Shown: in pieces, positions 40,915-49,723 of the stretch | Numbering within the stretch: the first letter of the stretch is position 1 | Layout: the number at the start of each line of letters is the position of its first letter | Assembly (NCBI GenBank): GCA_015069165.1 | Contig: SVJD01000006.1 | Span: 2,276-66,275 of the forward strand | Reading direction: 5' to 3' | Source: Oscillospiraceae bacterium | GTDB taxonomy: Bacteria > Bacillota > Clostridia > UBA1212 > UBA1255 | DNA length: 64,000 bases | The notes under the pieces: generated by a model | Told to the model about the DNA's origin: nothing | The model's database searches: none | The model's input: only the letters and a program-made list of their open reading frames with translations | Position numbers and translations under genes: made by a program

Positions 40915-41553
40915 GTGAAATTGAGATTTTTCTTTTTGGGAAGCTCTCTTATGATAGGTATAGCGGTTGTTTTGACGGATCTTGTGATAGGAGAAATACA
41001 GCAAGAAGAATTATTGCTTAAGATAATCATTACAATTATTGTTTCTTGCATTGCTTTTTATGTTCCCTTTTTGATTAAGTTTATACAAAAGTCGGGAGAG
41101 ACTTTTAAAAAGAGAAAGGAATTACGCTTTTTAAAGAAAATTTTTGTTATGTGCGGAAGTGTAAAGCCGGTGGATTATATGCAGGTTGTAAATAACATGT
41201 ATGAAAGAGCAGACTGCTATAAAAAAGATTTGGAAAACATTATGGATGTTTTACGTAAAAGTAATGTAGATAAAGAAGACTTTTTTTATGAACTTTTGAG
41301 TGAAACTCAGGATATAGATTCTAAATTGTTTTATGAAAAAATATGTATAGGATTTTTATATGATTTTGATTTAGCTATCAAAAGTATTGAGGGGGATTTT
41401 TTACAGGAAAAAAGGGCATATGCCAGATTTATCAAAAAACGTGTGAATCTTATCCATATAGTGGGAGTAACGGGACTATTTGTTGCTATGACGATTCTTT
41501 TAATGTATATGTTAAAACCCTGGTTAAATTCTATGAGTTTTCAACAGTTTTAA
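40915..41553 (+). CDS. TadC-like membrane protein
   Basis: Two N-terminal TMs, FYVPFL..KELRFL, one C-terminal TM. Confidence 0.55.
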   Translation: MKLRFFFLGSSLMIGIAVVLTDLVIGEIQQEELLLKIIITIIVSCIAFYVPFLIKFIQKSGETFKKRKELRFLKKIFVMCGSVKPVDYMQVVNNMYERADCYKKDLENIMDVLRKSNVDKEDFFYELLSETQDIDSKLFYEKICIGFLYDFDLAIKSIEGDFLQEKRAYARFIKKRVNLIHIVGVTGLFVAMTILLMYMLKPWLNSMSFQQF

Positions 41554-41580
41554 GTAATAAAATAAACGGAGGTATATTAA

Positions 41581-42000
41581 ATGGATAAAGTTGTAACTGA
41601 AATTATAATCGGAGCAGTAATTCTTGCACTGCTTATTTCAATAATACCCATTTACAGAAGCAGCGCAGCTTTGGTAAGTGCTGCAGGGCAGACCATAGAT
41701 GCCAATGAAAATATTAAGGAGGTGACTTTCGGAAGAATCCCCGGAAAAGGGGATGTTGTCTATGGGGGATATTTATTGGACTTTGTTCGGTATTCAACAG
41801 AAAAATATGAAACAAAAATAAATGTGGAGTTTTCTGATGAAATGTATGTTATTCATAAAGACAGTAATTTAAATTCTCTTAAAAAAATAGAGAACGATAT
41901 GCTGTTTGAAGTAAAGCACAGTGTATTGGACGGGAATAGATTGGAACTTTACTTTGCTTTTTGTGATGAGGAAAGTTTAAGCGGTGAAGAAGTTGTGTGA
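41581..42000 (+). CDS. Pilin-like small protein, single N-terminal hydrophobic helix
   Basis: MDKVVTEIIIGAVILALLISII; RBS ggagg. Confidence 0.5.
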   Translation: MDKVVTEIIIGAVILALLISIIPIYRSSAALVSAAGQTIDANENIKEVTFGRIPGKGDVVYGGYLLDFVRYSTEKYETKINVEFSDEMYVIHKDSNLNSLKKIENDMLFEVKHSVLDGNRLELYFAFCDEESLSGEEVV

Positions 42001-42041
42001 TTGCTTTAGATTGTAATGATTTTTATGATAGGAGAGTGTAT

Positions 42042-42410
42042 ATGGAAAAGGTTATTGCTAGTATAGTTATTATTGTTTTGACAATGGGACTTATTAGTTA
42101 TGCGATTGTCGGACAGATGGGAGGCTTCAGAGATACTGCTGACGTGGTAACGGAAGAAGAAAGCAGATTGGACACGATGTTAAAAGATACTTCTGTTGTT
42201 CCTTTGACTACAGTAAAAAATTATTTAAACAAAAGTTCTGCATCCGGATATGAAATCAGTGTTGACGGCGAAAGTATTACCAGTACAGAAGAACTTTCGG
42301 AATATAATGACAATACGTTGTTCACAATGAGCAAAACATACGATGCATACGGCAAAATAACTAATATTTCTTTTGTGCTTAAGGATCAATCGTTTGCTAA
42401 AGCGGTTTGA
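42042..42410 (+). CDS. Pilin-like small protein (N-terminus similar to previous gene)
   Basis: MEKVIASIVIIVLTMGLISYAI from ATG 42042 (RBS aggag). Confidence 0.5.
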   Translation: MEKVIASIVIIVLTMGLISYAIVGQMGGFRDTADVVTEEESRLDTMLKDTSVVPLTTVKNYLNKSSASGYEISVDGESITSTEELSEYNDNTLFTMSKTYDAYGKITNISFVLKDQSFAKAV

Positions 42411-42420
42411 GAAAAATTTA

Positions 42421-42454
42421 TTTCGGGTGTCGGTAATAATGCCGATGCCCGAAA
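42421..42454 (+). terminator. Intra-operon stem-loop
   Basis: TTTCGGGTGTCGGT..GCCGATGCCCGAAA; no clear T-tract. Confidence 0.5.
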
Positions 42455-42481
42455 GATTTAATTAAAGGGGGTTGGGGATAT

Positions 42482-42889
42482 ATGACGGGAAAGTTTGTGG
42501 CATATATTTTATCAATAGGAGCATTCTTCTATATAGTTTTGATATGTCTGTCATTTTTTATTTATATGGCGACAAGTGAACGGGTAAACGATATTTGTTA
42601 TGATGCGGCGGAAACTATAAGCACAAGAGGCTATTTATCGAAAGATGTTTTATCATACATTAAAGGAAATCTTTCCTGTTACGGAGAATATCAAATCAAT
42701 TTTACTTTGGAAAAAAGAATTGGAGAAAGGGCTGTTTATTATCACGGGGAAGAGCAAATTGCCGAGAAGGTTCTTTCTAAGGGAGATAGGGTAATTATTT
42801 CTGCAACCGGAGAAAATCCGACATTATTTGAAAAAATTACAGGTGCAGATATGAATATTGCAACGGTTAAAGTTGCTATTGTAAATTAA
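42482..42889 (+). CDS. TadE/pseudopilin-like small protein
   Basis: N-terminal TM; ICYDAAETISTRGYLS, LSKGDRVII. Confidence 0.5.
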   Translation: MTGKFVAYILSIGAFFYIVLICLSFFIYMATSERVNDICYDAAETISTRGYLSKDVLSYIKGNLSCYGEYQINFTLEKRIGERAVYYHGEEQIAEKVLSKGDRVIISATGENPTLFEKITGADMNIATVKVAIVN

Positions 42890-42897
42890 AAGAGAGG

Positions 42898-43440
42898 GTG
42901 GATTTAATGCAGCAAATATTATGTTTTTTTGTGTCAATATTCATTTTTTCTTCTTTGTTTGTATCTTCTGTAAAACCTCTCGGAGAAAAACAAAAAAGCA
43001 GAGAAGCAAAACAAAATTTAAATACTGCAGGAAGAGAAGTTGTTAATCACATTGAATATGATAATGGGAAATTTAAAATAAACGAAGAAACATATTTAAA
43101 AAGTATATCATCACTGAACAACTCGTGTGAAATAATAGGAGCAATTTTTAATTATGAAGAATGTATCACTGTTGCCAAGAAAAAGGGAAACGAAGTTATT
43201 GTTAAGAAAGTTTCTGCAAAACAGATGAATAAAAGCAACAGAAGGAATTCTGTAAATTCTTTACTTGGTTTTTTATTTGATGAAAAAGACAAAGAAATTT
43301 ATATAAATATAGCGTTAGAAGAAGAGGGCGATTTTTTTAATGAGGAACTTTTTAACAAAATGAAAGAAAATACGGCGTTCATAATAGGGTTAAAAGAAAG
43401 CAAAGTTATTGTTTCGGGATTTGAGTTAATTAAACAATAG
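42898..43440 (+). CDS. Pseudopilin-like exported protein
   Basis: N-terminal hydrophobic helix; last gene of the Tad-like run. Confidence 0.45.
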   Translation: MDLMQQILCFFVSIFIFSSLFVSSVKPLGEKQKSREAKQNLNTAGREVVNHIEYDNGKFKINEETYLKSISSLNNSCEIIGAIFNYEECITVAKKKGNEVIVKKVSAKQMNKSNRRNSVNSLLGFLFDEKDKEIYINIALEEEGDFFNEELFNKMKENTAFIIGLKESKVIVSGFELIKQ

Positions 43441-43639
43441 TTTTACACAGAGTTTTCCACAGAATATTGTGGAAAACCTTGTGGATTTCGCAAAAACGAA
43501 TATATGCGTTATAAACAGGTCAAAAACGAAAAGGTATCATTTATAGCGAAAAATCAGATGTTCTCCACAGAAAACCTGTGGATAAGTCGGAAATTTCTGT
43601 GAATAAGTCTGCGGAAAATTGTGGAATACTTGTGGAAAT
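43441..43639. promoter_or_regulatory. Second DnaA-box cluster (about 11 boxes)
   Basis: TTTTCCACA 43453, TGTGGAAAA 43468, TTCTCCACA 43561, TGTGGATAA 43577, TGTGAATAA 43598, TGTGGAATA 43620, TGTGGAAAT 43631 and others. Confidence 0.8.
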
Positions 43640-43675
43640 CGCTTTTTGAAATATTAAGAAAAGTTTAATTTTTTG

Positions 43676-44353
43676 TTACATCAGATAAAAAAGTATACTA
43701 AAGAAATGCAGGATACTTCCGATTAAAACAAACAAGTGAAAGACAGAATGCATGTAACGTATGTTTTTCTTTTTGCTTAAACCATATAAAACAGCACCTA
43801 GAGTATATGATATGCCTCCTATAAGTAAAAACATAAGACAATTTGGGTGAAAATGTTTTATCATCGGCCCTGTTACTGTGGCAACACACCAACCCATTGC
43901 TATATAACAAATCATGGAAAAAACCTTGAATTTTTTCATGTTTACAGCATTAAGAACGATTCCTAAAGCAGCGGCAGCCCAGATAATTCCGAAAATTGTC
44001 CATGCAAGACCGGGACTATGCGGTCGCAGGCCGCTAAGCATATACGGGGTGTATGTTCCGGCAATAAGGAAGAAAATAGAACAATGGTCTATTATGCGAA
44101 AAACTTTTTTTGCTTTTTTATGAGTTATCCCATGGTAAAGACTTGACATTGTATAGAGAATAAGCATTGAACCGCCGTAAATCGCACCGCTTACAACGCC
44201 CCACACATTTCCGTGTATAGCGGCCATAATTACGCATAAAGTTATAGAAACAATTGCCAAAGCGCCTCCGACAATATGTGAAACCATATTGAAAATCTCT
44301 TCTCCCTTAGTATAAAGAGGTGTATCATTTTCTTTTGTTTTTATATTTTGCAT
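43676..44353 (-). CDS. Hemolysin III / PAQR family membrane protein
   Basis: EEIFNMVSH, SSLYH, DHCSIFFLIAGTYTP, HSVFHLFV..H. Confidence 0.92.
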   Translation of the reverse strand: MQNIKTKENDTPLYTKGEEIFNMVSHIVGGALAIVSITLCVIMAAIHGNVWGVVSGAIYGGSMLILYTMSSLYHGITHKKAKKVFRIIDHCSIFFLIAGTYTPYMLSGLRPHSPGLAWTIFGIIWAAAALGIVLNAVNMKKFKVFSMICYIAMGWCVATVTGPMIKHFHPNCLMFLLIGGISYTLGAVLYGLSKKKNIRYMHSVFHLFVLIGSILHFFSILFYLM

Positions 44354-44430
44354 ATTAAATACTCCTGTTTTTTATCTGTAGGGAACAGTATACATTAATT
44401 TCCAAAAAAATACAAAAATAGTTTTGCGAA

Positions 44431-45312
44431 ATGAGAATATGTGCTATAATTGCGTGCGGAGGCGATTTAATGATCTCAGAAAATAAGTACTGCGTTGAGA
44501 GTCTAAAACAAATAAAATGCTTTTTGTTAGATATGGATGGCACTATTTATTTGGGAGATAATGTTATTAACGGCACTCATGAGTTTCTTGATATATTAAA
44601 AAAGCAAAATAAAAGAGCAATGTATATCACCAATAATTCATCGAAAGCAACGTCTCAATATGTTGAAAAACTTTCAAGATTGGGGATTTCTTCTAAAGAA
44701 GAAGATTTTTTTACTTCGGTTAATGCTCTGGAGTATAATCTGACAATTAAAAAACCGGGAGCAAGACTTTTTGTTTTGGGTACACCGGCTTTTGAAGAGT
44801 ATCTTACCGAAAAAGGTTTTGAAATAGTAAAAGAATATTATAAAGAAGAAGAAAAAAGGCCGGATTTTGTCATTTTAGCCTTTGATTTGACATTAACTTA
44901 TGATAAACTGCGTATTGCGTGTGATTATATAGCAGATGGTGTCGAATACTGGTCTACTCATCCGGATATGGTTTGTCCGGTGGCGGATGGACGTTTTATA
45001 CCCGATGCGGGGTCTTTTATAGAATGTATATACGGAACCACGGGAAAAAGACCGTCTTTTATAGTCGGAAAGCCGAATCCTTGTATGATTCAAGTGATTA
45101 TGGAAAAATACGGATACAAGCCGGATGAAGTCGCAGTTATTGGTGACAGACTTCATACAGATATAATGTCAGCGGTTAATGCCGGAGTGAAATCCATTTG
45201 TGTTTTGAGCGGCGAAACGAAAATTGAAGACATTGAAAAAATAGAAGAAAAGAATAAACCGAGTTATGTTTTTGACAGCATAGAAGATGTGTACGATATA
45301 TTGAAAAAATGA
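44431..45312 (+). CDS. HAD-IIA (NagD-like) phosphatase
   Basis: LLDMDGTIY, TNNS, GKP, IGDRLHTDI. Start probably ATG 44470. Confidence 0.9.
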   Translation: MRICAIIACGGDLMISENKYCVESLKQIKCFLLDMDGTIYLGDNVINGTHEFLDILKKQNKRAMYITNNSSKATSQYVEKLSRLGISSKEEDFFTSVNALEYNLTIKKPGARLFVLGTPAFEEYLTEKGFEIVKEYYKEEEKRPDFVILAFDLTLTYDKLRIACDYIADGVEYWSTHPDMVCPVADGRFIPDAGSFIECIYGTTGKRPSFIVGKPNPCMIQVIMEKYGYKPDEVAVIGDRLHTDIMSAVNAGVKSICVLSGETKIEDIEKIEEKNKPSYVFDSIEDVYDILKK

Positions 45313-45369
45313 AGAATAAGCCGGACAAGCGGTACAAAAAATATTTACAGTAAATTTGGGGTTGGTATT

Positions 45370-46731
45370 TTGAAAAAAAGTGAGCAATATAAAAGAATTT
45401 TTCGTTTGGGATTTGTAGCAATACTGTTTTTGGCAGAAATGCTCTTGTTCTATTATGTATGGAGAACATATTACAGTGACCTTATGGAAATCACTTACGC
45501 AAACTTAGGACACTGGATGATTGTCGGTGTATACGGATTGATGCTTTATATCTTTACTGTTTTGTTTGCAGGTTGGAAAATAGGTTACTTGCGAATATTT
45601 AATACTGTATATTTGCAATCTATTGCGACAATATCTGCAAACATAATTATTTATTTGCAGATAGTATTGCTTACAAAGCATTTTTATTCGGTAGTACCCA
45701 TAATTGTTATGAGTCTTGCAGATGTTGCCATAATTGCTTTGTGGAGTCCGATTGCGTCACTTCTTTACAGAGTTGTATATCCTCCGAGAAAAGTTTTAAT
45801 GGTATATGCAGAGCGTTGGTTTGAGGGAATTTTGGAAAAGTTCAATTCAAGAGCCGATTGTTTCCACGTAGAGGAACTAATCAATGTTACGGAAGGTTTG
45901 GAGGCTATTTACGAAAAGTGCCATTTATACGAAGCTGTAATTATATGTGATGTTCCGTCAGAAACAAGAAATAAAATATTGAAATATTGTTATGATAATT
46001 CAATAAGAACATATACTACACCTAAGATTTCTGATGTTATAATGAGAAGTTCAGAGGAAATACATCTTTTTGACACTCCGCTTTTGCTTTCAAGAAATGT
46101 AGGACTTACTGCTGAGCAGAGATTTATGAAAAGATTTTTTGATATTGTGCTTTCTGCTCTTGCGTTGTTAATCTTTTGGCCTTTCATGGCAATTATTGCC
46201 GTAGCAATAAAGCTTGATGACAGAGGTCCTGTGTTTTTCAAACAAGACAGAGTAACAAAAGACGGCAAAGTATTTTCTATATTGAAATTCCGAAGTATGA
46301 TTGTAGATGCAGAGAAAAACGGAGCAGTTATTCCGGCAGTAGATAACGACCCCAGAATAACAAGAGTCGGCAAAATAATAAGAAAAATCAGAGTGGACGA
46401 GCTTCCTCAAATTCTCAATATTTTAAAAGGAGAAATGAGTATTGTAGGTCCGAGACCGGAGCGCGTTGAGCATGTAGAAAAGTATAAAAAAGAAATTCCT
46501 GAGTTTAAATACAGAGAAAAAGTTAAAGCAGGACTTACAGGTGTGGCGCAAGTGTATGGTAAATATAATACTTCTGCGTATGACAAGTTGAAACTTGACC
46601 TTATGTATATACAGAATTACAGAGTTTTATTTGATATAGAATTGATTATTCAAACAGTAAAAATTTTGTTTGAGAAAGAAAGTACAGAAGGTTTCGATAA
46701 GGTTAAGACAAAAAAAGATGAAGATAAATAA
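45370..46731 (+). CDS. Polyprenyl-phosphate sugar phosphotransferase (priming glycosyltransferase)
   Basis: KRFFDI, KFRSM, DPRITRVG, DELPQILNILKGEMSIVGPRPE, GLTGVAQV. Confidence 0.9.
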   Translation: MKKSEQYKRIFRLGFVAILFLAEMLLFYYVWRTYYSDLMEITYANLGHWMIVGVYGLMLYIFTVLFAGWKIGYLRIFNTVYLQSIATISANIIIYLQIVLLTKHFYSVVPIIVMSLADVAIIALWSPIASLLYRVVYPPRKVLMVYAERWFEGILEKFNSRADCFHVEELINVTEGLEAIYEKCHLYEAVIICDVPSETRNKILKYCYDNSIRTYTTPKISDVIMRSSEEIHLFDTPLLLSRNVGLTAEQRFMKRFFDIVLSALALLIFWPFMAIIAVAIKLDDRGPVFFKQDRVTKDGKVFSILKFRSMIVDAEKNGAVIPAVDNDPRITRVGKIIRKIRVDELPQILNILKGEMSIVGPRPERVEHVEKYKKEIPEFKYREKVKAGLTGVAQVYGKYNTSAYDKLKLDLMYIQNYRVLFDIELIIQTVKILFEKESTEGFDKVKTKKDEDK

Positions 46732-46750
46732 TCTGATTTGAAATTTTGTG

Positions 46751-46778
46751 TTGACGTAAAAGGATTTTATGGTATAAT
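46751..46778 (+). promoter_or_regulatory. sigma-A promoter of tRNA-Ser
   Basis: TTGACG-N16-TATAAT with TG extension. Confidence 0.7.
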
Positions 46779-46797
46779 CATAAAAGCTCGGCGACAC

Positions 46798-46889
46798 GGA
46801 GATATACCCAAGTTGGCCGAAGGGGCGCCCCTGCTAAGGGTGTAGGTCGGGAAACCGGCGCGAGAGTTCAAATCTCTCTATCTCCGCCA
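46798..46889 (+). tRNA. tRNA-Ser(GCT)
   Basis: Acceptor GGAGATA/TATCTCC-GCCA, anticodon arm CGCCC-CTGCTAA-GGGTG, long variable arm, GTTCAAATC. Confidence 0.96.
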
Positions 46890-46893
46890 CAGC

Positions 46894-46930
46894 GAAAACG
46901 GCATCCAAAAGGGTGCTGTTTTTTTTGTTT
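46894..46930 (+). terminator. Terminator after tRNA
   Basis: AAAACGGCATCC-AAAA-GGGTGCTGTTTT followed by a T-tract. Confidence 0.8.
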
Positions 46931-46943
46931 TTTTAAAAAAATG

Positions 46944-46976
46944 TTGACAAACGCATTTTGCAGTGTTAAAATGCGT
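46944..46976 (+). promoter_or_regulatory. sigma-A promoter with overlapping inverted-repeat operator
   Basis: TTGACA-N17-TAAAAT; ACGCATTTT-N8-AAAATGCGT at 46951-76. Confidence 0.7.
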
Positions 46977-46997
46977 AGCGAATTTGAATATCGCAAG

Positions 46998-47262
46998 AAA
47001 CGACTATGATGAAGACGGTCGGAATTTGAAACTGCACAGAGAGTTGTCGGTTGGTGTGAGACAACAGTGAATTTTTCCAATGACTTATCACTTCTGAGTC
47101 GGAGGACCGAAAGGCAATGCTTAGTAGACTCCTTCCGTAATGCTGCGTAAAGGCAAAGGGCTTGTTTGAGCTCGGAAAGTGACGGAAAATTTTCCGTAAT
47201 TTGAGTGGTACCGCGGGTTTTACAACTCGTCTCAAAAGTTTTCTTTTGGGGCGAGTTTTTTG
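46998..47262 (+). ncRNA. T-box riboswitch leader (specifier probably ATC Ile, CTT Leu as alternative)
   Basis: AGAGA and GGTGTGA stem-I motifs, GACTTATCACTTC specifier region, T-box AATTTGAGTGGTACCGCG 47198-215, terminator 47224-61. Confidence 0.9.
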
Positions 47263-47319
47263 TTTTATTCAAATTCGTAACCATTAAAAATATGTCAAAA
47301 TTGAAAGGAGACAACAAAA

Positions 47320-49617
47320 ATGGATTACAGTTTGAAAGAAGTCGCAGGAAGAATCAAGGATCTGCGAGAGGCAAAGGGATACACACAAGAAAAACTCGCT
47401 AAGCTTTGCGGTGTGACAGTTGAAGAATATCAGGTTTTGGAAAAAGGCGAAACCGACTTTAGCTTTACTTTTATTTACAAATGCGCAAAAGCATGCGATG
47501 TAGAAGTTGTAGATTTACTTGAAGGCAGAAGCACAACACTTACTTCATTTGCTATCACAAGAAAGGGAGAGGGACTTAAAATTTTAAAGCAACACGGAGT
47601 TGAATATAACAACCTTGCTCCGAAGTTTAAAGATAAACTTGCAGAACCTTTCCTCGTAAAATTTCCGTATCTTCCGGAAGAACAAAACACACCGATGAAG
47701 CTTAACTCCCATAACGGTCAGGAGTTTGATGTTATCGTTAAGGGTTCACTTAAAGTACAAGTTGGTAATCATGTAGATATTCTTAACGAAGGTGATTCAA
47801 TTTTCTATAACAGCCTTATACCTCACGGTATGGTTGCAGTAAGTGAAGGCGGTTGTGAATTTCACGCTGTAGTTCTTAATCCTCAGGACGGTCTTGTAAC
47901 TGAGGAATATCCGGAAGCTCCGTTTGTTGCGGCAAAAGCAGTTGAGAAAAAAACAACAACAACGGTTGCCGATAATTTCGTTGAATCATATTATGATGAA
48001 AATGGAGTATTTAACGGCATCAAATTCAAAAATGAAGATAAGTTTAACTTTGCATTTGACTGTGTTGATGCCATTGCAGAAAAGACACCTGATAAACTTG
48101 CAATGCTGTGGGTTGCAAATGATAAGACAGACCGTAAATTTACCTTTATGGATATGAAACGATATTCCGCAAAGACAGCCAACTATTTTGAATCACTCGG
48201 AATCAAAAAAGGCGACACAGTAATGCTCGTACTCAAAAGACATTATCAATTCTGGTTCTGTATGCTTGCCTTGCATAAAATCGGTGCAATAGCAATTCCT
48301 GCAACAAATCAGCTCGTTGAGCACGACTTTGATTACAGATATAAAGCCGCGAAAGTAAAAGCGATAGTTTGTACCGCAGACGGAGATGTATCTGTTGAGG
48401 CAGAAAAAGCCGCAGCAAATTACCCGGAAATGCTTAAAATCTTGGTAGGAGGTAAAAAAGAAGGGTGGCACGATTATAATGTTGAAATGGAACGTTTCAG
48501 CACACACTATGATCGTAATGAAAATTCTCCTTGCGGAGAAGAACCTATGCTTATGCTCTTCACATCCGGTACAACAGGATATCCCAGAATTGCAACACAT
48601 TCTTTCAAGTATGCGTTGGGCCATTATCCCACAGCAAAACATTGGCATAATGTAAATCCGGACGGTTTGCACTTTACAATTTCCGACACCGGTTGGGGTA
48701 AAGCACTTTGGGGCAAACTTTACGGTCAGTGGCTCTGCGAAGCAGGCGTATTTACCTACGACTTTGACAGATTCCGCTCTGAAGATATTTTGCCTATGTT
48801 TGCGAAATATCACATTACGACTTTCTGCGCACCGCCGACAATGTACAGATTCTTTATTAAAGAAGATTTGTCAAAATATGACTTATCCTCAATTGAATAC
48901 GCCACAACAGCAGGCGAAGCACTCAATCCGGAAGTGTTCAATCAATTCAAAAAAGCAACAGGGCTTACTATTATGGAAGGCTTTGGTCAGACAGAAACTA
49001 CTTTGTCTATAGCAAACTTTGTAGGTTCAACACCAAAAATCGGCTCTATGGGCAGACCGAGTCCCCTTTACGATGTTGTGGTTCTTGACCCGGACGGAAA
49101 TCAGTGCAAAACAGGAGATACGGGCGAGATTTGTATTCGCACAAAAGACAATGTACCTTGCGGACTCTTTATAGGTTATTATTTAGATGCAAAAAAGACA
49201 AAAGAAGTTTGGCATGACGGTTACTATCATACAGGCGACCAAGCAACAATGGACGAGGACGGATACCTCTGGTATGTTGGCCGTATAGATGACGTTATCA
49301 AATCATCCGGTTACCGCATCGGACCTTTCGAAATAGAAAGTGTTATTATGGAACTTCCTTATGTTTTGGAATGTGCGGTTACTCCGGTTCCTGATGAAGT
49401 ACGCGGCCAAATAGTAAAAGCAACTATTGTTCTTGTAAAAGGAAAAGAGGGAACAGATGAGCTTAAAAAGGAAATTCAGGAGTATGTTAAGACACATACT
49501 GCACCTTATAAGTATCCGAGAATAGTTGAGTTTGTAACAGAACTTCCCAAGACCATAAGCGGTAAGGTAAGACGTGTGGAAATTCGTAAAAACGATTTGG
49601 AAAAAATACAAAAATAA
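47320..49617 (+). CDS. XRE-HTH + cupin + acyl-CoA synthetase fusion
   Basis: RIKDLREAKGYTQEKLAKLCG; HNGQEF..EGDSIFYNS..PHG; FTSGTTGYP, EGFGQTE, YHTGD, GRIDDVIKSSGYRIGP, LPKTISGK. Confidence 0.9.
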   Translation: MDYSLKEVAGRIKDLREAKGYTQEKLAKLCGVTVEEYQVLEKGETDFSFTFIYKCAKACDVEVVDLLEGRSTTLTSFAITRKGEGLKILKQHGVEYNNLAPKFKDKLAEPFLVKFPYLPEEQNTPMKLNSHNGQEFDVIVKGSLKVQVGNHVDILNEGDSIFYNSLIPHGMVAVSEGGCEFHAVVLNPQDGLVTEEYPEAPFVAAKAVEKKTTTTVADNFVESYYDENGVFNGIKFKNEDKFNFAFDCVDAIAEKTPDKLAMLWVANDKTDRKFTFMDMKRYSAKTANYFESLGIKKGDTVMLVLKRHYQFWFCMLALHKIGAIAIPATNQLVEHDFDYRYKAAKVKAIVCTADGDVSVEAEKAAANYPEMLKILVGGKKEGWHDYNVEMERFSTHYDRNENSPCGEEPMLMLFTSGTTGYPRIATHSFKYALGHYPTAKHWHNVNPDGLHFTISDTGWGKALWGKLYGQWLCEAGVFTYDFDRFRSEDILPMFAKYHITTFCAPPTMYRFFIKEDLSKYDLSSIEYATTAGEALNPEVFNQFKKATGLTIMEGFGQTETTLSIANFVGSTPKIGSMGRPSPLYDVVVLDPDGNQCKTGDTGEICIRTKDNVPCGLFIGYYLDAKKTKEVWHDGYYHTGDQATMDEDGYLWYVGRIDDVIKSSGYRIGPFEIESVIMELPYVLECAVTPVPDEVRGQIVKATIVLVKGKEGTDELKKEIQEYVKTHTAPYKYPRIVEFVTELPKTISGKVRRVEIRKNDLEKIQK

Positions 49618-49626
49618 ACAGTTAAG

Positions 49627-49660
49627 CTGCCATTCTGACATAACAGAATGGCAGTTTTTT
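49627..49660 (+). terminator. Intrinsic terminator
   Basis: CTGCCATTCTG-ACATAA-CAGAATGGCAG followed by T6. Confidence 0.85.
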
Positions 49661-49723
49661 CTTGAAAAAACAAACATAAGGTTGTATAATCAAAAAATAA
49701 AAATACGGAATGAGGATATAAAC

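Noticed and set aside
43441-43639. Second replication origin
   Set aside because: No DnaA-trios or unwinding element, and overall gene orientation does not switch here
43676-44353. Hemolysin as a virulence toxin
   Set aside because: The HlyIII/PAQR family is widespread in non-pathogens; the family name alone is not evidence
46798-46889. tRNA-Ser as integration site of a mobile element
   Set aside because: No integrase and no duplicated tRNA 3' end seen in the window
46868-47402. ORFs overlapping the tRNA and T-box leader
   Set aside because: Region is explained by structured RNA; translations have no recognisable motifs
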